A stretch of DNA of 11,167 bases from a bacterium (GTDB lineage Bacteria; UBA9089; UBA9088), in contig JBFMDZ010000067.1 of the NCBI GenBank assembly GCA_040753555.1, positions 1 through 11,167 of the forward strand, written 5' to 3'. Under the pieces are notes generated by a model. That model saw only the letters and a list, made by a program, of their open reading frames with translations, did no database searches and was not told the origin of the DNA. The translations under genes were made by a program, and so were the position numbers. Positions 1 through 7,427 of the stretch are shown here, piece after piece; within the stretch, counting starts at the first letter, position 1, and every line of letters starts with the position of its first letter.

Positions 1-110
1 CCCATTCTCCCCTTTTTCTGTGAAACGGAGAAATTTCTCCCCTTCTTAAGATTCTCCCTTTCTCCCCTTCTCCCTCTCTCCAATTCATCCATTCTCCGTT
101 TCTCTCTGTA
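1..110. repeat. Polypyrimidine low-complexity tract with about six irregularly spaced TTCTCC(CC) copies (GGGGAGAA on the minus strand)
   Basis: The plus strand is almost all C/T. TTCTCCCC, TTTCTCCCC or TTCTCCC occur near 5, 34, 52, 59, 68 and 92. Plus-strand frame 1 is open from the window edge to the TAA at 108-110. Both minus-strand frames are also open, simply because T is absent. Coding status cannot be decided. Confidence 0.5.
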
Positions 111-136
111 ATGACTGAATAGTTACCAAATAATTA

Positions 137-3100
137 TTACTTAAGGCTAAATATATTCTTTAGCTCCTTGTCCGAAAGCTCTGTGAGCCATTGTTCTCCT
201 ACGGATACAGTTAAATCAGCCAGCTCCTTCTTTGATTTTATAATCTCATCTATCTTTTCTTCAAATGTGCCTATTGTTATGAGCCGATGAACAATTACAT
301 TTCTCTCCTGGCCTATGCGGTAAGTTCTATCTGTTGCCTGCGCCTCTACTGCTGGATTCCACCACAGGTCATAATGGATAACATTTGTGGCAGAGGTAAG
401 ATTTAAGCCTGTTCCTCCTGCCTTAAGCGATAGAATCATTATCCCCTTTGAGGGAGATGCCTGGAAATCTTCAATCATCTTATCCCTCTTTATCCTTGGT
501 AATCCTCCATGGAAAAAGAGTATATCTTCCTGCAGATCATTAGTTATCACTTTATCAAGGAGGTCTCCCATTTCTTTATATTGGGTGAAAATAATGACCT
601 TTTCTCCTATATCCCTAATCCTTTCAATAATATCCATCGTCTTTTCTGTCTTACCTGAAAGCTCCTTAATTATCTTACCCCTTTTTGAGTAATGCACCGG
701 ATGATTGCATATCTGTTTTAATGAGGTGATTAGTTTAAATATTAACCCTTTTCTTTCTATGCCTTCGCTTTTTTGAATCACTTTCATTGTCTTATCTACC
801 ACCTCTTTATAAAGGCTGGCCTGCTCTTTAGTAAGGTAGCAATATTCGTCAAAGACTATTTTATCAGGTAGGTCCTGGATAATAGATTTATCTGTCTTAA
901 GCCTCCTTAAAAGAAATGGAGATGTAATAAGCCTTAACCTTTCAATCTTATCCCTATCCCTGTATCTTTCTATGGGTATGGCAATGTTTCCTTTAAATTT
1001 CAAAAGCCCTCCCAAATAACCCCTATTTATAAAATCAAAGATGCTCCATAATTCAGAAAGCCTGTTTTCAACAGGTGTCCCTGTCATAGCGATAGAAGAG
1101 TCTGCCTTGATTGATTTAATTGCCTTAGTCTGGTCTGCTTCAGGATTTTTAATATTCTGTGCCTCATCAATCACTACCAGGGACCATTTAGCCTTTTCAA
1201 ATTTCTCCCTGTCGCGCCTCACCAGACCATAGGTGGTGATAAAGACATCACAATTATCAGTAGAAAATTCCCTGGCTGTGCCGTGATAAATCCAGGTTTT
1301 AAGAGAGGGTGCAAATCTTTCACATTCCTTCTGCCAATTTCCTACCAGTGTGGTAGGGCAGATAACAAGTGCTGGAGCAGAAAGCCTGTTTTCCTCTTTG
1401 AGTTTCAAAATAAGTGATATTACCTGAATAGTTTTACCAAGGCCCATATCATCCGCAAGACAGGAGCCAAAACCCTTATCCATATTACTGTAAAGCCAGC
1501 GAAATCCTCGCTCCTGATAGGGTCTTAAACTCGCATTTAGTGTAGAAGGAAGGTGTATATCTTCTATCTTTCTAATGTCATCTATCACCCTTTTTAAAGC
1601 CTCATCAGGATTAAATAATGCCCCTTCATACTCACCACTAAGGCCGGAGGCAATTACCTCAAACGATGACATTTTGGGTATGGGTTTTTTAAGTTTATCA
1701 AGGAGCTTCTGGACATTCTCAGGCTCAAGCATAAGATAAGTATCCTTAAATCTGACAATACCACTTGAAGACTTGACGAGCTTAAGAAATTCCTCTTTAG
1801 AAATGCTCTTATCGCCTATGGCTATTTCCCAGGAAAAATTGAGCATGCCCTCAAGAGAAAGATATGAAACAACCTCTCCCTTTACCGCTGTTTTTATTGC
1901 CAGCTGGGGTCTAATAATCTTTTTTAACTCCTTTGGTATGACTATCCTTATGCCAAGGATATTCAAGATATCCAGGGTGCTGGTTAAGAAATCCATCAGC
2001 TCAATTGCTGTAATAGCAGCAGATGTTTCTCCTTTGCTATGGAGAACATTTTTAAGTGCTGGTATGTAGTCAGAAACAATGATTATTTGGCTTGATACAT
2101 CCTGCATTACAATTGAAGCAGGATAAGAGAATATTACATCTTTTCTAAAGACCTCTGCAAGGGAAATAGGTGGAGCAAGGCTATCCTTTTTATTTTCCAC
2201 ATCAATACTTAAGATAAACCTATTCCCTCTTTTACAATCAATCCTTATTACAGGGCATATATCCTTTTTTCTAAAGGAAAGCCTCGTAAGCCAATTTGAT
2301 ACTGCCTTTGAGGTGTGCTGTTCTTCAAAACCAAAAGGTTTATAAATCTTCCCTTTTAAAAAGGTTTGAAAAATCTTGTCCTCCCTTACCCATTCAGCCA
2401 GGCCGCTATACTGGTTGATGAAAGAGGTAATAATCAAGGCTAATATATCAACAATACCCTCTTTTGACATAATAAAGTGGTCGTCATACCTGAAACACAT
2501 ATTAGCTGGCATAATGGACTTAAGGTAATTGATAATCTCATCGCATTTCTCACCCTGTATTACCGGCACATACCTGATGGTGAATTTTCCCTCCTCCTTT
2601 TCTACTATCTCAGGTATAAACGAGCTTGCCTTAATAAAGGCAATGCCAATACAGGTAGCGATATTGAGAAATCTAAAAGAAGGGGAAGTTTTATAGGACA
2701 GGACCAGCGGCAATTTTGAGAAATAATCAAAGAGATGGGATGCTGATATTTCCTGACACCTTTTTCTTTTAAATGCTATTTTATCTTCCAGGATAAAGGG
2801 TAGATTAACCATAAGGTTTTTACCTTTTACCTCAGGAGGGATTTTATCACCCTGCATAAAGAAATCTGTTTTATCTTTTTTATAGGATAAAAAGAAGGCT
2901 ATGTCGCTTAAGGGAGGCTTGTCCTCTTTAATCTCAATTTCTTCTATTATTTTAGAAACATCCTTTATTGCCTTAAGAAGCGTATCTCTAAAACTACCCG
3001 GGCCTGTATAAAAAAGGGGTCTCTCCTCAAGGCAGGAAAAGAGCCTTTCAAGATGAAAATTAGGAAGGGATAGAGAAGGAGGTTCAAGGAAAGGAGGGAT

Positions 3101-3685
3101 TTCATCAGCCTTTATCTCTGACCAGGGGATAAAGGCATTCTTTGCTTCAGGAGCGGATTGTTGAGTTGGAAGTCCTAAGATGCCAGCAAAGGATTCTTGT
3201 GCCATACCGCGCAGAGTAAATAACAAAAAGGGGTTTTTGTCTATCTCATTAGCCAGAATATAATAAACAGCTGCTAAATGTTTGCATGGATTTGCCCAGT
3301 CAGGACAGGAACATTCTGCATCTATATCCTTCCATGATTGTGGCAGAAGGTATATCTTTTGTTGATTAAGGAGCTCAAGGAGTTGCTCAGGGAGCCTTCC
3401 TAAACCCAATTCAGCACCAATTGCTGGATTAGAAGGAATTAAAGCCTTAATCTTGTCTATTTGGGGCTTTTGGAACCTCTTTAGCTCTATCTTTATCCGG
3501 TATGGCCTTGGCATTGAACCCTGAACCCTGGCAAGGACATTGCCATTCTTAATTTCAATTGAGGAAACCCTGTCATTATTGGCATAGCTTCTACCCCTTG
3601 GAAGCCGATTTGTATCGTAGTCAATCCTTTCCATTGCCTCCACCCAGGCATTGCCCCACCAGGTTTTACCAAAAGACCTTTTCAT
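137..3685 (-). CDS. SWIM zinc-finger plus Swi2/Snf2-family ATPase/helicase (YwqA-like architecture: SWIM, long linker, SNF2_N, helicase C)
   Basis: 1182-aa ORF. The N-terminus has the CSCPDWANPCKH SWIM signature (CxCx6CxH) at residues 125-136. The C-terminal ~490 aa show SNF2 motifs. These are Walker A DDMGLGKT (plus-strand nt 1430-1447), DEAQ box LVVIDEAQ (nt 1157-1168), motif III MTGTPVENRLSELWSIFDF, and helicase-C motifs LSLKAGGTGLNLTSATNVIHYDLWWNPAVEAQATDRTYRIGQ. Confidence 0.9.
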   Translation of the reverse strand: MKRSFGKTWWGNAWVEAMERIDYDTNRLPRGRSYANNDRVSSIEIKNGNVLARVQGSMPRPYRIKIELKRFQKPQIDKIKALIPSNPAIGAELGLGRLPEQLLELLNQQKIYLLPQSWKDIDAECSCPDWANPCKHLAAVYYILANEIDKNPFLLFTLRGMAQESFAGILGLPTQQSAPEAKNAFIPWSEIKADEIPPFLEPPSLSLPNFHLERLFSCLEERPLFYTGPGSFRDTLLKAIKDVSKIIEEIEIKEDKPPLSDIAFFLSYKKDKTDFFMQGDKIPPEVKGKNLMVNLPFILEDKIAFKRKRCQEISASHLFDYFSKLPLVLSYKTSPSFRFLNIATCIGIAFIKASSFIPEIVEKEEGKFTIRYVPVIQGEKCDEIINYLKSIMPANMCFRYDDHFIMSKEGIVDILALIITSFINQYSGLAEWVREDKIFQTFLKGKIYKPFGFEEQHTSKAVSNWLTRLSFRKKDICPVIRIDCKRGNRFILSIDVENKKDSLAPPISLAEVFRKDVIFSYPASIVMQDVSSQIIIVSDYIPALKNVLHSKGETSAAITAIELMDFLTSTLDILNILGIRIVIPKELKKIIRPQLAIKTAVKGEVVSYLSLEGMLNFSWEIAIGDKSISKEEFLKLVKSSSGIVRFKDTYLMLEPENVQKLLDKLKKPIPKMSSFEVIASGLSGEYEGALFNPDEALKRVIDDIRKIEDIHLPSTLNASLRPYQERGFRWLYSNMDKGFGSCLADDMGLGKTIQVISLILKLKEENRLSAPALVICPTTLVGNWQKECERFAPSLKTWIYHGTAREFSTDNCDVFITTYGLVRRDREKFEKAKWSLVVIDEAQNIKNPEADQTKAIKSIKADSSIAMTGTPVENRLSELWSIFDFINRGYLGGLLKFKGNIAIPIERYRDRDKIERLRLITSPFLLRRLKTDKSIIQDLPDKIVFDEYCYLTKEQASLYKEVVDKTMKVIQKSEGIERKGLIFKLITSLKQICNHPVHYSKRGKIIKELSGKTEKTMDIIERIRDIGEKVIIFTQYKEMGDLLDKVITNDLQEDILFFHGGLPRIKRDKMIEDFQASPSKGIMILSLKAGGTGLNLTSATNVIHYDLWWNPAVEAQATDRTYRIGQERNVIVHRLITIGTFEEKIDEIIKSKKELADLTVSVGEQWLTELSDKELKNIFSLK
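3278..3313 (-). other. SWIM Zn-finger motif C-x-C-x6-C-x-H inside the helicase ORF
   Basis: The minus-strand codons were checked by hand and read C S C P D W A N P C K H. Confidence 0.7.
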
Positions 3686-3691
3686 TTAAAT

Positions 3692-3697
3692 ATTATA
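3692..3697 (-). promoter_or_regulatory. Consensus TATAAT -10 box 6 nt upstream of the helicase ATG; no Shine-Dalgarno, so possibly a leaderless mRNA
   Basis: The minus strand reads ...ttgtttttttgTATAATatttaaATG. There is no GGAGG-like motif in the 20 nt before the ATG at 3685. The -35 region is weak (tgaatt). Confidence 0.3.
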
Positions 3698-3718
3698 CAA
3701 AAAAACAATTGGTAATTC

Positions 3719-3737
3719 ATTATTCTTTTGGAATAAT
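3719..3737. promoter_or_regulatory. 7-bp inverted repeat ATTATTC-N5-GAATAAT in the divergent intergenic region
   Basis: Read directly: attattc ttttg gaataat. It lies between the divergent helicase and phosphorylase starts and is a candidate operator. Confidence 0.3.
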
Positions 3738-3747
3738 TGTTGGGATA

Positions 3748-3776
3748 TTGACAACATAGCCTTGGATGTTTATATT
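3748..3776 (+). promoter_or_regulatory. Sigma70-like promoter candidate for the phosphorylase/nrd cluster: TTGACA, 17 nt spacer, TATATT
   Basis: TTGACA at 3748-3753 and TATATT at 3771-3776 with a 17-nt spacer. This is about 45 nt upstream of the ATG at 3821. A GAGG RBS sits at 3810-3813. Confidence 0.35.
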
Positions 3777-3820
3777 TTTATGGTAAAAGATAAAATTTTT
3801 GGTAAGCTTGAGGTTATAAA

Positions 3821-4501
3821 ATGAAAGCAATAATTATGGGATTTAGCCCAAATGAGATTGGTTTTTCTCCTCTTTGTGAAAAGGAGATAGAGACAGAAAA
3901 GGGCAAGGCACATCTTTTTATAAAGGAAGATATTGTCTTTGTTCCTCGGCATGGAAAGGATAAAACAATTCCACCACATATGATAAACCATTGTGCGAAT
4001 ATACTAGGTTTAAAAAGCCTTGGCGTATCCTGTATTATTGCAATAAATTCTGTTGGCTCTTTAAAGGAAAATATAACACCTGATGACTTTTTAATCCCCG
4101 ATGATTATATAAATTTATGGGATACAAGAACACTCTATGATGAAAAAATAGTCCATATCCTTCCAGGATTGGATGAAGAAATAAGGATTTTAATTAAAGA
4201 TAAAGCTATGTCTTGTGGGATAAACCCTATTGATGGTGGTGTCTATGTCCAGACAAAAGGTCCTCGTCTTGAAACAAAGGCAGAGATAAGGTTTTTAAAG
4301 ACGCTAGCTGATGTTGTTGGAATGACATTAGCATCAGAGGCAACAATTGCAAAAGAGCTTGAGATACCTTATGCCTCATTGTGTCTGGTTGACAATTATT
4401 GTAATGGGATAAAGGAAGAACCCCTTTCTTTTTCTCTGATAAAAGAATATCAGAAAAAGAAGATGGGGGTTTTGAAAAAGTTTTTAAATATGTTTATCTA
4501 G
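3821..4501 (+). CDS. MTAP/PNP-family (trimeric PNP-I) nucleoside phosphorylase
   Basis: By-eye alignment to human MTAP. [41 protein letters not shown] matches [87 protein letters not shown] matches [49 protein letters not shown]. The N-terminus is shorter and the Gly-rich loop is degenerate (IIMGFS in place of IIGGTG). An upstream in-frame TGA fixes the start at 3821. Confidence 0.8.
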   Translation: [226 protein letters not shown]

Positions 4502-4536
4502 TTAGAAGAAAGCGATGAAAAGGCACAAAGTAGCAA

Positions 4537-4542
4537 AGGAGG
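4537..4542 (+). promoter_or_regulatory. Shine-Dalgarno AGGAGG, 9 nt upstream of the nrdD ATG
   Basis: aaAGGAGGggaattact ATG. Confidence 0.5.
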
Positions 4543-4551
4543 GGAATTACT

Positions 4552-6651
4552 ATGATTAAAAGTATTAGAAAGAGGGATGGAAGGCTTGTTCAGTTTAATG
4601 CTGAGAAGATAACTGAGGCTGTTTTTAAGGCAACAAAGGCTGTGGGAGAGCCTGATAGGAAAAAGGCATCAAAAATTACAAGGCAGGTGGTTGCTGCCCT
4701 TTCTGTTATTTATAAGGAAGAGAGGGTTCCAACTGTAGAGAATGTCCAGGACCTTGTTGAGAGGATGCTCGTTGAGGATGGCTATACAGAGGTTGCAAAG
4801 GCTTATATCCTTTACAGGGAACAGCATGCAAAGCTACGGCAAACAAGGGAGCTTCTCTCTGATGCTGTCTCTATGGTTGATAAGTATCTTGGAAACCAGG
4901 ATTGGAGGGTTCGGGAGAATTCAAATATGAGCTATTCCTTGCAGGGGCTGAATAACCACATATTTTCCCTTGTAACATCCAACTATTGGCTTTCAAAGCT
5001 ATATCCACAAAATATAAAGGATGCCCATATGTCTGGTGATATCCATATCCATGACATTGGTGTTTTGTCTGTCTATTGCTGCGGATGGGACCTTAAGGAT
5101 TTGCTCATCAGGGGGTTTGGTGGTGCATCTGGAAAGGTTGAGTCTTCGCCTCCAAAGCACTTTAGAAGTGCACTAGGCCAGATTGTCAATTTCTTCTATA
5201 CCCTGCAGGGAGAGGCAGCTGGTGCGCAGGCGTTTTCTAATTTTGACACCCTCCTTTCTCCATTTATCCGCTATGATGGCTTATCTTATAAAGATGTCCG
5301 CCAATGTATTCAGGAATTTGTTTTTAATATGAACATTCCAACAAGGACGGGCTTTCAAACCCCTTTTACAAATATAACAATGGATGTTACACCGCCAAGA
5401 AACCTTTCTAAAGAATATGTCATAATTGGAGGAAAGCCACAAGATACAACTTATGCTGAATTTAAACATGAGATTTTAATGATAAACAGGGCATTCTGTG
5501 AGGTAATGGGTTCTGGAGATGCAAAGGGAAGGATTTTTACATTTCCCATTCCAACCTATAATATTACATCTGATTTCAATTGGGATGATGAAAATTTAGC
5601 CCCCCTCTGGGAGATAACCTCAAAATACGGCATTCCCTATTTCTCCAATTTCATAAACTCTGATATGGACCCTGAGGATGCAAGGAGTATGTGCTGTCGA
5701 CTTAGATTGGACAACAGGGAGCTTAGAAAAAGGGGAGGAGGCTTATTTGGTTCAAATCCCCTAACAGGCTCAATTGGTGTTGTTACAATAAACCTTCCAA
5801 GAATTGCATACCAGGCAGACCACAATGAGGCAGATTTCTTTGAAAGGCTTGCAAAAACTATGGAGATTGCAAGAGAAAGCCTTGAGATAAAGAGAAAGGT
5901 AATTGAAAGGCTAACGGATGAGGAGCTATATCCCTATGCAAGGCATTACCTTTTGTCTGTAAAGGAGAGATTCGGGAGCTATTGGAAAAATCATTTCTCA
6001 ACCATTGGCCTGATTGGGATGAATGAGGCATCCTTTAATCTTATTGGGTCTGATATTGCAACCCAGCAAGGAAAGGAGCTTGCTTGTAAAACATTAAAGT
6101 TTATGCGAGAGAAAATCTTGAAATTCCAGGAGGAAACAGACAACCTCTATAACATTGAGGCAACGCCAGCAGAGGGAACAGCATACAGGCTTGCTATGCT
6201 TGATAAAGAGCATTACCCAGATATTATTACAAAAGGAGAAAACAAGCCATTCTATACAAATTCAACCCATCTTCCTGTAGGCTGGACAGATGACCTGTTT
6301 TCTGCCCTTTTACATCAAGACCAGCTTCAGGCATTATACACAGGAGGGACGGTATTTCATGGCTTTATCGGAGAAAAAATAGACAATCCCAATATGTGCA
6401 AGGTCCTTGTTAAAAAGATTGCAGAACGATTTTCCCTTCCCTATTTTACTATTACACCAACATTTAGCATTTGTCCCATACATGGGTATATAAGGGGTAA
6501 GCATTGGACCTGTCCAAAATCCTCTGGCAATGGGCTTTGCAATACAAAATGTGAGGTCTATTCAAGGGTTGTTGGCTATTATAGACCTGTTCAGCAATGG
6601 AATGATGGAAAGCAGGAGGAGTTTTCCGAGAGGAAGGAATATAAGATTTGA
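4552..6651 (+). CDS. nrdD: Anaerobic ribonucleoside-triphosphate reductase (class III RNR)
   Basis: 699 aa. The N-terminus is an ATP-cone (MIKSIRKRDGRLVQFNAEKITEAVFKA). The C-terminus has the glycyl-radical signature RVVGYYRPVQQWNDGKQEE, with the radical Gly codon at 6574-6576. A Cys/His cluster, CPIHGYIRGKHWTCPKSSGNGLCNTKC, precedes it. The activase gene follows directly. Confidence 0.93.
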   Translation: MIKSIRKRDGRLVQFNAEKITEAVFKATKAVGEPDRKKASKITRQVVAALSVIYKEERVPTVENVQDLVERMLVEDGYTEVAKAYILYREQHAKLRQTRELLSDAVSMVDKYLGNQDWRVRENSNMSYSLQGLNNHIFSLVTSNYWLSKLYPQNIKDAHMSGDIHIHDIGVLSVYCCGWDLKDLLIRGFGGASGKVESSPPKHFRSALGQIVNFFYTLQGEAAGAQAFSNFDTLLSPFIRYDGLSYKDVRQCIQEFVFNMNIPTRTGFQTPFTNITMDVTPPRNLSKEYVIIGGKPQDTTYAEFKHEILMINRAFCEVMGSGDAKGRIFTFPIPTYNITSDFNWDDENLAPLWEITSKYGIPYFSNFINSDMDPEDARSMCCRLRLDNRELRKRGGGLFGSNPLTGSIGVVTINLPRIAYQADHNEADFFERLAKTMEIARESLEIKRKVIERLTDEELYPYARHYLLSVKERFGSYWKNHFSTIGLIGMNEASFNLIGSDIATQQGKELACKTLKFMREKILKFQEETDNLYNIEATPAEGTAYRLAMLDKEHYPDIITKGENKPFYTNSTHLPVGWTDDLFSALLHQDQLQALYTGGTVFHGFIGEKIDNPNMCKVLVKKIAERFSLPYFTITPTFSICPIHGYIRGKHWTCPKSSGNGLCNTKCEVYSRVVGYYRPVQQWNDGKQEEFSERKEYKI

Positions 6652-7337
6652 AAATAAAAGGTTTTCAGGGCGTGTCTTTAATAGATTATCCAGAAAAGGT
6701 GTCATCTGTAATATTTACAGGTGGTTGTAATATGAGGTGCCCATTTTGCCAGAATAAAGAGCTTGTAGAAAACAGTATCCCAAGCCTTAATGAAGAGGAT
6801 ATTTTAAAAGCCATTTTTGAGAGGAAGGGCTTTATTGATGGTGTTGTAATTACAGGAGGTGAGCCAACAATACAACACGACCTTGCTGATTTTTGCAGAA
6901 GGCTTAAAAACGAAGGCTTTTTTGTTAAGCTAGACACAAATGGCTATCTTCCAGATGTCTTAAGAGGCCTTATAGAAAACAAGGCTATTGATTATATTAG
7001 CCTTGATATTAAATCTACATTTTCTGATTACAATAATACTTGCGGAATTACAGTAGATGTAGATAAAATTAAGGAATCTTTAGAGATTTTAAGAAATATG
7101 GAAATAGATTATGAAATTAGGACAACGGGGGTTCCTGGGATAATTGATTTAGAAAAGATAAAGGAAATTGCAAGGGAAATTTCTTGGGCAAAGAAGTATG
7201 TAATTCAGCAATATAGGAATGAAAAAACCCTGAACCCTGATTTTGAAAAAATTGCTCCATATCCAAAGGATGTCCTTTTGGGGTTTAAAAGGGAGGCAGA
7301 AGCATTTATTTCCAATGTATCTGTGAGGGGAATATGA
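6648..7337 (+). CDS. nrdG: Anaerobic ribonucleotide reductase activating protein (radical SAM)
   Basis: The N-terminus is GVSLIDYPEKVSSVIFTGGCNMRCPFCQN. The CxxxCxxC radical-SAM cluster motif is at nt 6726-6749, preceded by the NrdG-typical D-x-P ... F-x-G-C-N pattern. The apparent start is a TTG at 6648 overlapping the nrdD TGA by 4 nt (ttTGa). The exact start codon is uncertain. Confidence 0.8.
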   Translation: MKIKGFQGVSLIDYPEKVSSVIFTGGCNMRCPFCQNKELVENSIPSLNEEDILKAIFERKGFIDGVVITGGEPTIQHDLADFCRRLKNEGFFVKLDTNGYLPDVLRGLIENKAIDYISLDIKSTFSDYNNTCGITVDVDKIKESLEILRNMEIDYEIRTTGVPGIIDLEKIKEIAREISWAKKYVIQQYRNEKTLNPDFEKIAPYPKDVLLGFKREAEAFISNVSVRGI

Positions 7338-7343
7338 ATGCAA

Positions 7344-7414
7344 GACAGACAACAGACATTCAGATAACAGAGGACAGACAACTGTCTGAATTGTCTGAAC
7401 CGTCCGAACCGTCT
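7344..7414. repeat. Dyad repeat array: GACAGACAAC x2, CAGACA x3-4 on the left, TGTCTG(AAY)/CGTCCGAAC x3-4 on the right, approximately symmetric about 7381
   Basis: Read directly: gacagacaacagacattcagataacagaggacagacaac|tgtctgaattgtctgaaccgtccgaaccgtct. CAGACA and TGTCTG are reverse complements of each other. There are tandem 9-mers YGTCYGAAY. A TTGTCT-16nt-TAATAA promoter-like pair overlaps the right half. Confidence 0.5.
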
Positions 7415-7427
7415 AATAAAGGAAAAG

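Noticed and set aside
387-2719. Plus-strand ORFs 387-692, 1041-1232, 1773-2069 and 2477-2719 (63-101 aa)
   Set aside because: They lie entirely antisense within the 1182-aa helicase ORF, whose motifs validate the minus-strand frame. Their translations are low-complexity and have no recognisable motifs, so they are shadow ORFs.
3559-3991. ORFs 3559-3759 (+) and 3770-3991 (-)
   Set aside because: They overlap the helicase start or the phosphorylase start and the promoter region. They have no RBS and odd Cys/His/Trp-rich composition typical of AT-rich noise.
3686-4551. NrdR box upstream of the nrd genes
   Set aside because: Class III RNR operons are frequently NrdR-regulated, so I looked for a ~16-bp palindrome of the acaCwAtATaTwGtgt type. 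No convincing match was found by eye. A position-weight-matrix scan would be needed to be sure.
4742-5825. ORFs 4742-4930 (+), 5281-5469 (-) and 5637-5825 (-) inside nrdD
   Set aside because: They are alternative-frame or antisense ORFs within a well-supported NrdD coding region.
6530-6937. ORFs 6530-6730 (+) and 6686-6937 (-)
   Set aside because: They overlap the nrdD 3' end and the nrdG 5' end, in the wrong frame or antisense. The NrdG CxxxCxxC motif fixes the true frame.
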